Source: Pristiophorus japonicus (Eukaryota). From it: a stretch of 64,000 nt of DNA. The number at the start of each line of letters is the position of its first letter. The first letter of the stretch is position 1. The DNA lies in NCBI RefSeq assembly GCF_044704955.1, contig NC_091999.1, positions 35,154,001 to 35,218,000 on the forward strand, given 5' to 3'. A program made the translations under genes and the position numbers. The notes under the pieces were generated by a model that made no database searches, was not told the origin of the DNA, and was given only the letters and a program-made list of their open reading frames with translations. This document shows positions 11,026 to 22,744 of this stretch, piece after piece.

Positions 11026-11969
11026 TTTAAATCCTCCCCAACAGCACTAGCAAACACTCCCCCTAGGACATTGGTTCCAGTCCTGCCCAGGTGCAGACCG
11101 TCCGGTTTGTACTGGTCCCACCTCCCCCAGAACCGGTCCCAATGCCCCAGGAATTTGAATCCCTCCCTGCTGCACCACTGCTCAAGCCACGTATTCATCT
11201 GCGCTATCCTGCGATTCCTACTCTGACTATCACGTGGCACTGGTAGCAATCCCGAGATTACTACTTTTGAGGTCCTACTTTTTAATTTAGCTCCTAGCTC
11301 CTTAAATTCGTTTCGTAGGACCTCATCCCTTTTTTTGCCTATGTCGTTGGTACCAATGTGCACCACGACAACTGGCTGTTCTCCCTCCCATTTCAGAATG
11401 TCCTGCACCCGCTCCGAGACATCCTTGACCCTTGCACCAGGGAGGCAACATACCATCCTGGAGTCTCGGTTGCGGCCGCAGAAACGCCTATCTATTCCCC
11501 TCACAATTGAATCCCCTATCACTATCGCTCTCCCACTCTTTTTCTTGCCCTCCTGTGCAGCAGAGCCAGCCACGGTGCCATGAACTTGGCTGCTGCTGCC
11601 CTCCCCTGATGAGTCATTCCCCTCAACAGTACCCAAAGCGGTGTATCTGCTTTGCAGGGGGATGACCGCAGGGGACTCCTGCACTACCTTCCTTGCTCTA
11701 CTCTTCCTGCTGGTCTTCCATTCCCTATCTGGCTGTGGACCCTTTCCCTGTGGTAAGACCAACTCACTACACGTGATACTCACGTCATTCTCAGCATCGT
11801 GGATGCTCCAGAGTAAATCCACCCTCAGCTCCAATTCCGTAACGCGGACCGTCAGGAGCTGGAGGCGGATACACTTCCCGCACACGTAATCGTCAGGGAC
11901 ACCGGAAGCGTCCCTGAGTTCCCACATGGTACAGGAGGAGCATAACACCCGACCGAGCTCTCCTGCCAT
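11022..11969 (-). CDS. CR1 ORF1 (315 aa): CxxC...CxxC zinc knuckle + leucine zipper + SGNH esterase domain
   Basis: CSSC/CGKC, heptad leucines; SGNH blocks GDS, PGA, GTND, DGLH all intact. Confidence 0.95.
   Translation of the reverse strand: MAGELGRVLCSSCTMWELRDASGVPDDYVCGKCIRLQLLTVRVTELELRVDLLWSIHDAENDVSITCSELVLPQGKGPQPDREWKTSRKSRARKVVQESPAVIPLQSRYTALGTVEGNDSSGEGSSSQVHGTVAGSAAQEGKKKSGRAIVIGDSIVRGIDRRFCGRNRDSRMVCCLPGARVKDVSERVQDILKWEGEQPVVVVHIGTNDIGKKRDEVLRNEFKELGAKLKSRTSKVVISGLLPVPRDSQSRNRRIAQMNTWLEQWCSREGFKFLGHWDRFWGRWDQYKPDGLHLGRTGTNVLGGVFASAVGEDLN
11025..11031 (-). promoter_or_regulatory. Candidate -1 ribosomal frameshift heptamer U_UUA_AAC
   Basis: ORF1 ends GAT TTA AAC TAA; the -1 frame TTT AAA CTA ATA TGG... 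is the ORF2 frame. Confidence 0.7.
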
Positions 11970-12136
11970 GTCTTAACCCTTAGATACACTTAAACTGGTA
12001 ATAACAATGTTAAAAGTTACTGACCAATATAAGAAGAAAAAGAAAAACTACTCACCAATCACCAGCCAATCACTTACCCCCTAGGCTGTGACGTCACCTT
12101 TGTTTTTTTGCCTTCTCCCTGTAGCTGCACCGGTAC

Positions 12137-12406
12137 GCCTCTCGCCGACCCCGGACTCACGCTGCTCCGAGCTCCCGCCTCCTCGACTGACTGCTCGAAC
12201 TGCTCGACTCCCGCTGGCCTTTATAGGCCTCTCGCCGACCCCGGACTCGCGCTGCTCCGAGCTCCCGCCTCCTCGACTGACTGCTCGAACTGCTCGACTC
12301 CCGCTGGCCTTTATAGGCCTCTCGCCGACCCCGGACTCGCGCTGCTCCGAGCTCCCGCCTCCTCGACTGACTGCTCGAACTGCTCGACTCCCGCTGGCCT
12401 TTATAG
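12137..12406 (-). repeat. Three 90-bp CpG-rich 5'UTR monomers, each starting CTATAAAGG
   Basis: Units start at 12137, 12227 and 12317 on +; identical except one base. Confidence 0.95.
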
Positions 12407-12409
12407 TGT

Positions 12410-13925
12410 GTAGTGCAATATAACTCAGACAGGACCTAGTGTAATATAAACCAGGTCATGAATTTTATTAACCGAGAAATATCTGTTTCAGTAATATTTG
12501 ATATCGAGACTTATGTAATATAAACAGATATATGGTCAGATATAATTTAAATGAAATATATTCTGGTGCAGAAATAACTGGGACTGGGCCATGTGTAATA
12601 TAAACAGGGACATGGTCCAGTACAATATAAACTAAGACCAGGTTAAGTACACTAATAACTTAGACAGTTATGCCCTGCTGAAGTTACACTGATCGAGAGA
12701 ATGCCTCTGTTAAAAGTACAGTAGGACATGTCTTAGTTTTTGTTGCAAAGGAACTTGTCTCTGTTTATGTTACAGTAGGTCCAGTCTCTGTTTATATTAC
12801 AGTCGACAATATCTCAGTTTATATTACAGTAGACAAGTGCTCAATTTATAATACACTGGACAATATCTCTGTTTATATTACACTAGACAATGTCTCAGTT
12901 TATATTACACTCGACAATGTCTAAGTTTATATTACAGTAGACAATGTCTCAGTTTATATTACACTAGACAATATCTCTGTTTATATTATACTAGACAATG
13001 TCTCTGTTTGTATTGTACTAGACAATGTCTCTGTTTATATTACACTAGAATATTTCTCTATTTATATTACGCTAGACAAGGTGCATGTTTACATTGTCCT
13101 GGAGAATGTTTCTGTTTATATTACACAAGACAATCTCCCTGTTTACATTACACGAGACAATGTCTCAGTTATTACTGCACCAGACCATATCGCTGGTATC
13201 TTCCACTAGGTCCTGTCTCCGTTAGTACTGTACTAGACTCTGTTTCTGTTAATATTGCACAATGTCCAGCCTCATTCATCATTGCACTTGACCCGGTCAC
13301 TAGATATATTACAATATGTTCTGCATCTGTTCATATTACACTGAGCCATACCTCAGTTATTACTGTACTAAGCCATGTCTCTGTTTATATTACACAATTT
13401 TCTAGTGTAATATAAACAGAGACATTGTCGAGTATAATACAAACAGAGACATTGTCTCGATCAGTGTCTCTTTATATTACACTAGGCTCTGTCTCAGTTA
13501 TCGCTGCACTAGAACCATGCATGTGATTAAATTACAATCAGCCTTGTCTCAGTTTACATTACACGATGCCCTGTCTCAGTTATTATTGTTATGGACCGTG
13601 CCTATGTTCATGTCGTCTTAGGTTAAGTACTGTCTCATTTATTGCTGCACTCGGCTATGTATCTCTCACATTACACGAAATCTTACCTCAGTTAAATTGC
13701 ACGAGGCAATGTCTATGTTTATAGTACACTGGTCACTCTCAGTTATTATAATCTATACCATGTCTCTATATATGTTACACTAGGCACTGTCGCAGTTTTT
13801 ACTATACTAGACGATGTCTCCTCTATGTATTGCTCTAGGTGTTGTCTCTGTTATTAATGGATTAGAATATTCCTCTGTTTAAATTTCACGATACGCTTTA
13901 TCAATTAGTTCTGAACTATACCATG
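12410..13925. repeat. 27-bp minisatellite, degenerate, in both orientations
   Basis: tagtgtaatataaac (-) units at 12410-12670 and 13400-13455; tattacactagac (+) units elsewhere. Confidence 0.85.
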
Positions 13926-14089
13926 CCTCTACTCAATTCGATGACGGATGATCGGCATCTTAACTCCATCGACCAGCACTGGTTCCGTCACCCGTAATAT
14001 CCTAACCGGAACAAAATCTACCAATCAATCTCTGGCAGCAATCAGAACATAATGTCTCTGCCGGTTATAGCCTTCCCTTTATGTAGGGA

Positions 14090-14865
14090 TTTGATAGCTT
14101 TAATAGTGAGACACTGTTTACACTGACAGGAGTGTCGGTAACCAGGGGGCACAGATTTAAGATCCTTTGCAAAAAAAAACAGAAGGGACATGAGGAGATG
14201 TTTTAATATAGCAAGTTGTTCTGATCTGAATTGCAGAAGGTATACACTGTCTTTCGTTTTTATAAATAGAGATATAGATGCAAATGCAAGGAACTTATTG
14301 CTAAGCATCTGTAAGGCATTGTTTATTGTGAGCGCCACATTTTAGGAACGATTGAACGGCCTTGGAAAGGGTGCAGCGGAAATTTACTAGAATAGTACCC
14401 TGGATGAAAGACTTCAGTTAAGTGAAAACACTCGGGGCATTGGGATTGTTGTTATTCGCGCAGAGAAATCTAAAGTGAGCTTGATAAACATGTTCAAGAT
14501 CGGGAATGGGTCTGACACTATAAATGCGAAGATAATGTTTCATTGGCTGACCGGTCTGTAACCAGAGAACACAGGTTTAAGCAACTTGGCAAAAGAGCCA
14601 GAGGCGAAATGAGGAAAAAGAAATACACAACGAGCTGTTATGATCTGGAATACACTACCTGATAGGGTGCTGGAAGTAATTCCGGAAATAAGTTTCAAAG
14701 GGGAATTGGGTAAATAATGTATTTGAATAAATGCAGGGATATTGGGAAACAGCAGGGGAAGTGGGACTAATTGATTAGCTGTTTCAGCTTAGTGTCAGCA
14801 CAGGCACAACTGGGCTGAATGTGCACGTTATCTACTGTATCATTCTTCGATTCTGTGATTCTATA
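14090..14865 (+). mobile_element. Old CR1 3' fragments
   Basis: aaccagggggcacagatttaag motif twice; attctgtgattct tail. Confidence 0.7.
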
Positions 14866-14984
14866 ACTACATCATGTCTAGGTTCATATTACACTAAGAC
14901 CCGTCTCTGTTTATAAAACACTAGATCCTGCCGCAGTTATTATTGCAATGGACAAGGAATATTTTTAAATCATGCTAGGACTAA

Positions 14985-15870
14985 GAATATAAGAACATAA
15001 GAAATAGGAGCAGGATTAGGCCATTTGGCTCCTCGAGCCTGCTTTGCCATTTAATCATGGCTGATCTGATCATGGACCCAGCTCCACTTCCCTGCCCGTT
15101 CCCCATAACCCTTTATTCCCATATCGCTCTAAGATCTGTCCATCTCCGTCTCACATATATTCAATGACCCAGCCTCCACAGCTCTTTCTGGCACAGAATT
15201 CCACAGCTTTACAACCCTCTTAGAGAAGAAATTCCTCCTCACCTCAATTTGAACTGGGCAGCCCCTTATTCTGAGAATACGCCCCATCGGTTTAGTTTCC
15301 CCTATGAGTGGAAATATCCTCTCTGCATGCATCTTGTCGAACCCCCTCATCATCTTATATGTTTCGATAAAAACACCTCTCATTCTTCTGAATTCCAACA
15401 AGTATAGGCCCAACCTGTTCGACCTTTCTTCATAAGACAACCACCGCATCTTCGGAATCAACCTAGTGAACCTGCTCTGAACAGCCTCCAATGCAAGTAT
15501 ATCCCTCCTTAAATGCGGAGACCCAACCTGTAAGCAGTACTCTAGGTTTGGCCTCACCAATACAGTGTACAGTTGCAGCAGGACATCTCTGCTTTTATAC
15601 GCTATCCTGCTTGCAGTAAAGGCCAACATTCCATGTGCCTTCCTGATTATTGCTGTATCTGCATACTAACTGTTTGCGTTTCATGCACAAGGACCCCCAG
15701 GTCCTTCTTTACCGCAGCACTTAGCAATTTTTCTCCATTTAAATTATGATTTACTTTTTTAGTTTTTCTGCCAAAGTGTGCCAAATTTTTGCTCACTCAC
15801 TTAGCCTATCTATATCATCTTACATATTTTTTTAGTGTCTTCCTCACAATTTGCTTTCCCACCCAACAGT
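14985..15870 (-). mobile_element. CR1 LINE 3' fragment
   Basis: ORF 15129-15629 encodes the ORF2 C-terminus (LVRPNLEYC, LEFRRMRG); (TTCTTATG)n tail. Confidence 0.9.
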
Positions 15871-15959
15871 TCGTTTTACTCCCCCCACTTGAATGGCCCC
15901 CTTACCTCGGTTCTGTGGTCAGTTTACTCATCTACCCTGTAGTCCCTGTCTTGCTAATT

Positions 15960-16515
15960 GAGGCCCTGGACCCTGTCACATTTAGTACTGCAATAGACCC
16001 AGTCTCTGTTTATATTACACTCGACCCTGTTTCTGTTTATATTACACTAGTCCCTGTCTCTGTTTCTATCACACTACACCGTTCACTGTTAATATTATAT
16101 TAGACCCTGTCTCAGTTTAATTTGCACAAGGCCCTGTCCCTATTTATATTACAGTATACCCTGACTAGGTTTATATTACACAAGGCCCTGTCCCTGTTTA
16201 TTTTACAGTAGACCTTGCCACTCTTTATATTACACTCGGCTTTGTCCCTGTTTATATTACACTATACCTTGTCTCTCTTTATATTACACTAGACCCTGTC
16301 TATGTTTATATTACACTAGCCCCTATCTCTGTTTATATTACATTACACCCTGTATCCGTTATTCCTGACATAGACCATATCTGAAATACATTATATATTA
16401 TACCCCGTCCCGCTTCATATTGCACCAGACAATGTCTAAAATATTAGTGCACTGGACGCTGTCTCTATTTATTATACAACAGACCCTGCCTCAGTTATTT
16501 CTGTACTTGACCATG
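15960..16515 (+). repeat. 27-bp minisatellite
   Basis: Tandem units read directly. Confidence 0.9.
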
Positions 16516-17544
16516 CGTCTGTTACACAGGCAGAAGATTTAAAGAGGAATCGATAGATATTAATATAAATAAAGATGTATGTGTGTGTGGGTGTGAGGAT
16601 ACAATGCTTTTTTGGTTTGAAGTATATGTTTCGTTTTGTTAACAGCTATCAACAGCTATGTGCAATTACTAATTATTCTGGTATTGTGTCGGTTATATTG
16701 GTGTCGAGACGATGGGTTGAATTTTGTAACACTCTCCCAGAGATGGACTGCGATTGAGGGACAGGATTGAAGGTCAGCGATTCACTGCAGTTTGCACTAC
16801 TTAGTGGCACTCTGTGTGTTAAAGGTTCCTAATTCACACGTGCGTTGTCCTGTGCCAATTGCTCCCTGTTCTTTAATGTTAAGGATTGTTTTTCCTCCAG
16901 TGTTTGCTATTTAGCTGCCACGTGATACATTAATTGTGTCAGACAGAGCTAGGACCGTGACGTCACAGCACTGTCGGATGGGCGGCCGCGTGGTCCTATC
17001 ATCCACTCGAAAAAATGTCTCAACTGGTTAAGATGTACAACTGCAAAGAGCATGTGTGTCTGTATGTGTGTGTATGTGTGTGTACAAAACACGTCATTCA
17101 TAATGTATGCATTCTACAAAGATAAATGATAAGCTTCAACCATTGCTTTTCAGCATTTTATTGTATTCAAAATGCAATTGCAGGTCGTTAATACCTTTAC
17201 CATTTAATGATAACCCATTGTCTTGTCAGCTCTTGTTTAGAAAGTGTTGTCAGACTGATCATTCCTTTACCAAGGTGACCAAGTCTGTCTGCAGTATTCA
17301 GTGGGAAAGTGGATTTAGTCACACCGAGGATAATGAGCAGCCACCCACCTGTCTCTGCGCTTTACTGTCCAGTGATCAGCTCACCATCACACAGATGCTC
17401 CTGAGATTTACCACAATGTGTAAGTGATGGAAAAATGAAAATGCACCTATACCTGGCATGAGGTTAGCAAATATGTAATTATCTAACTTATTGCTTCTCT
17501 CATTAAAACAGACCCCGTCGCAGTTTTTACTGGACAAGACCCTC

Positions 17545-18670
17545 AGTTTATATGCTTGATGTGGTCCACTTCCTTACCAGCAAAGTTGAAGCCAATAGAA
17601 TAAAAAGGACAGTGGCAGCATGGATATGAAATTGGTTGAGGAATCAGAAGTAGTTTTTTTTGGACTAGGGGAAGGTATACAGTGGTGTTCCGCAGCGACT
17701 GGTACTCGGAACTCTGCTTCTTTTGATTTATATTCTGACATGGATTTTGGTATATGGGGCACAATTTCAAAATTGTCAGATGACTCAAAGCTTGGAAGCA
17801 CAGTGAACAGTGAAGAGGATAGTGATGACTGCAAGAGGACATAGATGTGCTGGTGGAATGGATGGACACGTGTCAAATAAAAGGGAAAACATTTTGAAGT
17901 TATACATTTTTGTAGGAAGAAGGAGAGGCAAAATAAACGGAAGAGTAGAATTCTAAAGCGCGTGATGAACAGAGCTACCTGGGGATATGTGTTCACAAAT
18001 TATCGAACGTGGTAGGGCAGGTTGAGAAAGTGGTTTAAAAATCATACGGAATCCTGGGCTTCATTAATAGAGGCATAGAATACAAAAGCAATGATCAACC
18101 TGTATAAAACACTGGTTAGTCCGCAACTCAGTATTGTGTCCAAATCTGGACTCCGCACTTTAGGAAGTATGTGAAGGTATTAGAAAGACTGCAGAACAGA
18201 TTTACGTGTGTTTCCAGGGATAAGGTTCTTCAGTTTTGTGGATAGACTGGAGTGGCTGGGATTGTTCTCCCGAGACCAGAGAAGTTTGAGATGAGATTTG
18301 AGAGAGGTGTTCAGAATCATTCCGGGTCTAGACAGAGTAGCTGCCGAGAAACCGTTCCCATCGGCGTAAGATTCGAGAACAGAGGACACAGATTTAAGAT
18401 GATTGGCAGGAGCACCAAAGGCGACGTGGGGAAAGTGTTTTAAAGCAGCGAGCGGTTAGGATCTGGAATGCACTGTCTGAAAGGGTAGTGGAGCCAGAGT
18501 CAATCATGGCATTGCAAATGGAATTGGATAAGTAGCTGAAGGAAGAAAATTCACAGGGCTGCGGGAAAGGACGTGGGAATCGACGAACTTAAATACTCTT
18601 GCAGAGAGCGGCACGGGCTATATGGGCCCAATGGCACTTTTATGTGCTGTGACCATTCTATGATTGTATA
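17545..18670 (+). mobile_element. Decayed CR1 3' fragment (paralogue of 3335-4495)
   Basis: ISKLSDDSKLG RT remnant; attctatgat tail. Confidence 0.85.
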
Positions 18671-20824
18671 ATACACCGGAGCCTGCTCAGTTATTACTAT
18701 ACTAGACCCTGTTCCTGTTTATATTACGTCATCGATTAAAAAGTCACTCCCTCAACCACCAGCGGACCATGTCTGCAGTGAATAGTATCTACAAGATGCA
18801 TTTCAACAACTCGCCAAGACATCCTCGACAGCACTTTTCAAACCTTCTACCTCTTCCGCCTAGAAGGACAAGGGCAGCGGGCTTGTGGGAACATCATCAC
18901 CTCCACGTAACCCTCCAAATCACACACCATTCTGACTTGGAAATTTATTACGGGTTCCTTCATAATTGTTGGGTCAAATTAGTGGAACCCCCTCCTTAAC
19001 ACTGTGGGAGTACCTTCACCACACGGACTGCAAGCGGTTCACGGTCGCAGTTCAACACCTGATTTTCAAGTCCAATTCGGGTTAGGCATTCAATGTTGGC
19101 CTTGCCAGCGACACCCACATGCCAGGCATGAATAAAACACTGTCCCTGTATCAATAATTACTGCACTAGGTCCTACCTCAGTTATTACTGCACTAGAGCT
19201 ACTAATATTGTACTATGCCGTGTCTCAGATATTACTGGAATATACCATGCCTTTGTTCCTATAACTCAGGATCATGTCATTTGGAACACTGATATATACA
19301 TATCTCGAACTGTGACGTTGTCTTCATTTTTGTTCAATTAGAGCAGATGTCTTATATATCAAAGGGAATACATTGCAAAATGAATAAGTCAGTTCTGAAA
19401 ATTCTGCTGCTGAAATTAGTGGAACATCCCTGAACAGGCTGCTATTCCACTGGATCTCCATTTATTGGAAGATTTAACCCATTGAAACTAAATAATTTAA
19501 ACAGATATTACTGGAATAAGCCATGCCTTTGTTCCTATTACTCAGGATCATGTCTCAGATTATAATAAACGAGACAAAGACACTGTTTTTATTACACTAG
19601 CCCCATTCTTTCATGTTAAAAAACTAGGCTATGCCTCTGTTTATATTAAATTAGACCCTGTCTCAGTTATTACTGCACTATACTCTGTAACTCACAGGGC
19701 AGGTACAGCATGTGTCAGAAACAGAGTAATGCTAACGCTACAACGTTCCATCAAACACTCCCAGGGCAGATACAGCTCGGGTTAGATACAAAGTAAAGCT
19801 CTCTCCACTGTCCCATCAAACATTCCCAGGGCAGATACGGCACGGGTTAGATACAGAGTAAAGCTCTATCTACACAGTCCCATCAAACACGCTAAGGGCT
19901 GGGACAGCACGGGTTTGAAGCAGTGTAAAGATCTCTCTACATTATCCCATCAAAAACTCCCAGATCATTTCAAACACATGTCACATTTTGGATTAAAGCT
20001 CCCTCTGCGCACTATCATCAACTTGATTCGAAGCATTTCAGTAGGGCTCATTTGTTAGATGTTGACATCTTGTTGTGGGGGGAACGCCAATTATCCATTC
20101 TTGAGAGACAAGACGGAAAGTGGAAACAGGGGAGGGAGAGGATACAGGAAATCTCCACTGTCACATTTGTGATGTCACGATATACGGTGACTAGAATCTT
20201 TCCCAATTCTGTCCGTGGGGATCATCTTTACTTTATTCTCCTATAATGTAGAGATGTACCAAAAAACAATTGTTGCTGGAATCTGTTGAGAGATTTGCTT
20301 TATTCTATCCTTATGTCTATGCTGTGTTGGTGTGGAAACATTTATTCTGTTTCCGTCACTCAATACTCTAATCTGGGACTTCTATTTCCGTGATTATTTA
20401 CATAAACGACTTACTGGTTCTCATGAAGTGTTCATGACAGCAGAATCAGATCAACAGAGTCAGTTATTGATTAATTTCAACTCACAACAAGGAATTATTT
20501 TAGTAATATTGACAGTTGATACAACATTAATAGAAATATGTCGAACAGTGACGTTTGCTTTAGTTTTGATCAATTAGAACAGATTTGATTTTTATCAAAG
20601 GGGATAAATATTAAAATTAATCATTCAGTTCAGAAAATTCTGCTGCCAGGATCAGTGGACCATCTATGAATAGGCTGCTATTCCACTGGATCTCCATTTA
20701 GTGGAAGATTTAACCTTTGGAAATTAAACAAGTTAAAACAGTAACCAGAGCAGTGTCCTACAATCACTTTAATATGTGAACTTTTCACGTATCGCAACTT
20801 GTATTTTCAAATGTTTAAATTTAG

Positions 20825-21280
20825 CCACAGCTTGCATTTATATATCGCCTATCATGACTTCATGTTGTCCCAAAGTGCTTTACAGCCAATGAATGACTTT
20901 TAAGTGTGGTAACTGTTGCAATGTAGGAAATGGGGCAGCCAATTTGTGCACAGCAAAAGACCAGAAAAAGCAATGAAATAATGCTTAGATAATCTATTTT
21001 TCAGATGTTGGTTGAGGGTTACATATTTGACCTAGAAACCCTGGAGAACTCCTCTGCTCTTTAATAGAGTGCCATGAGTCTTTTAAATCCAACTGAGTTG
21101 GAAGTTTGGGCCTCAGTTTAATGTCTGCACCGAAAGCTGGCGCATCTGACCGTGCAGCACTACCTTAGTACTGGCACTGGGCATGTCGGCATAGATTTTG
21201 TGCTCAGGTCTCTGGAGTGGGTTTAGTATCTGTGACCTTCTGATTCAGAGCCGAGAGCGATCACACTGAGCCGAGGCTTG
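20825..21280 (-). mobile_element. Deu-domain-type SINE (paralogue of 6355-6820)
   Basis: Sequence similarity to the other two copies. Confidence 0.65.
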
Positions 21281-22157
21281 AACATATCACACCTTGAATT
21301 TTAAAATTTTGCCATTCAGCTCATCGTATCTGAAGTTCAGGGTCTGACACCAGACTGACACCGATTTATTATCAGAGGCCAGTTCTTTTATTTTACCTGG
21401 GATGTCATTCCCACACTGTGATTTACAGTTGGTATATATAAAAGTGTCGGCGATTCTGCAAGGAACATCTGGTAGTGCCCGAGGCAGAGGGACTCACGGA
21501 ACCTGAGTTTTACCCTCTGTGAGCTACACCATCAGAGCAGCTGGAAGCTGGAACTGTTCTCCTCAGAGCCGAGCAGGTTTGGGCCACTTAATATAAGTGT
21601 TCAAAATAATGGAGAGTTTTGATCGGGTAAATTGGGAGATACTCCATCACTCTCGACCACCTTCCTCCCACCCTACACCCGTCTCTCCATCCCTCCCTCG
21701 CTTCATACCTCCCACCCTCCATACCTCCATCACTCCCTCAATCAATCGCTCCCTACCTGTACCCATCCCTCCCTCCCTCCATCACTCCACCCTTCCCTTG
21801 CTCCATTCCTCCCTCCCTCCAGCATTCTCTCAGCCAAGTGATTCCTATTTTCCCTTTGCAGTGTTTCTGCTTCCATCGATGAGGATTCCTCAGCTGGAAT
21901 ATTCTGCACCCAATTCCTTCACCGGGCGTACATATATATTAACAAATAAGTGAGAGAACGATGGCAAATATATATAGTTAACCTCACACCATTAAAAAAA
22001 CTGACAAGAAATAATATTGTGACTTTTCCAGAGAGGGAGTGGGCTCGGTAACTGGTACTGGGTAGAAATTCTACTTGGCGCAGTCAGGATATCTTTCCAT
22101 TTTATAATTATTTTTAAAAGGTAAGAATTAAAAAAAATGTTTTAATACATCGTCGAC

Positions 22158-22744
22158 AATTCTGGGCATCACACTTTAGGAAGAATCTGAAGAATTTCGA
22201 GAGGGTACAGAAGAAATTTATTGGAAACACATCAGGGATGGGGGATTAAATTAGGTCGAGAGACTGGATAAGCTGTGGTTGTTCTCCTTGGAGCAGAGAA
22301 GGATAAGAGGTGATTCACGAGATGAGTACCAGGCATGAAGGAGTTCAGTCATTGTGGAGAGACAGGAGAAGATGGGATTCTACTCCTTAGAGGAGAGAAG
22401 TAAGAGGAGATTTGATAGACGTGTTTAAAATCATCAAGGGTTTAGATAGAGTAAATAAATAGAAACTGTTTCAGGTGTAAGGTGATTGGCAAAAGAACCA
22501 GAGGCGATATGTGGACAAACTTATTTATGCAACCACTGGTTAGGATTTGGAGTGTACTCCCTGATAGGGTGGTAGATACAGATTCAAGATTATCTTTCAA
22601 ACTGAAATTTTATCAATACCTGAAGGAGAAAAATGCAGGGATATAGTGAAAGAGCGGGAGAGTGAGTCTATTTGATTGCTCTTGGGAAGAGCCGGCTCAG
22701 AATCTATGGCCTGATTTGGCACTGTCCGTGCTGTACTAATCTAT
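22158..22744 (+). mobile_element. Old CR1 3' fragment(s)
   Basis: caattctgggcatcacactttagg, gagcagagaagg...gatttgataga; tail interrupted by the MITE. Confidence 0.75.

Larger units (their letters stand above)
7933..12406 (-). mobile_element. Near-intact full-length CR1-clade LINE
   Basis: 5'UTR with three 90-bp monomers, intact ORF1, ORF2 (APE+RT) with a single frameshift near 8760, (TTTCTATG)3 tail at 7933-7960. Confidence 0.97.
16480..22180 (+). repeat. Segmental duplication copy 2
   Basis: Collinear with 2150-7930. Confidence 0.9.

Noticed and set aside
12088-12423. ORFs with a threefold 30-aa repeat
   Set aside because: Arise from the 90-bp UTR monomers on the non-coding strand
13008-13415. 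Cys/Tyr-rich ORFs (also 23379-23645, 33061-33327)
   Set aside because: Translations of the 27-bp minisatellite
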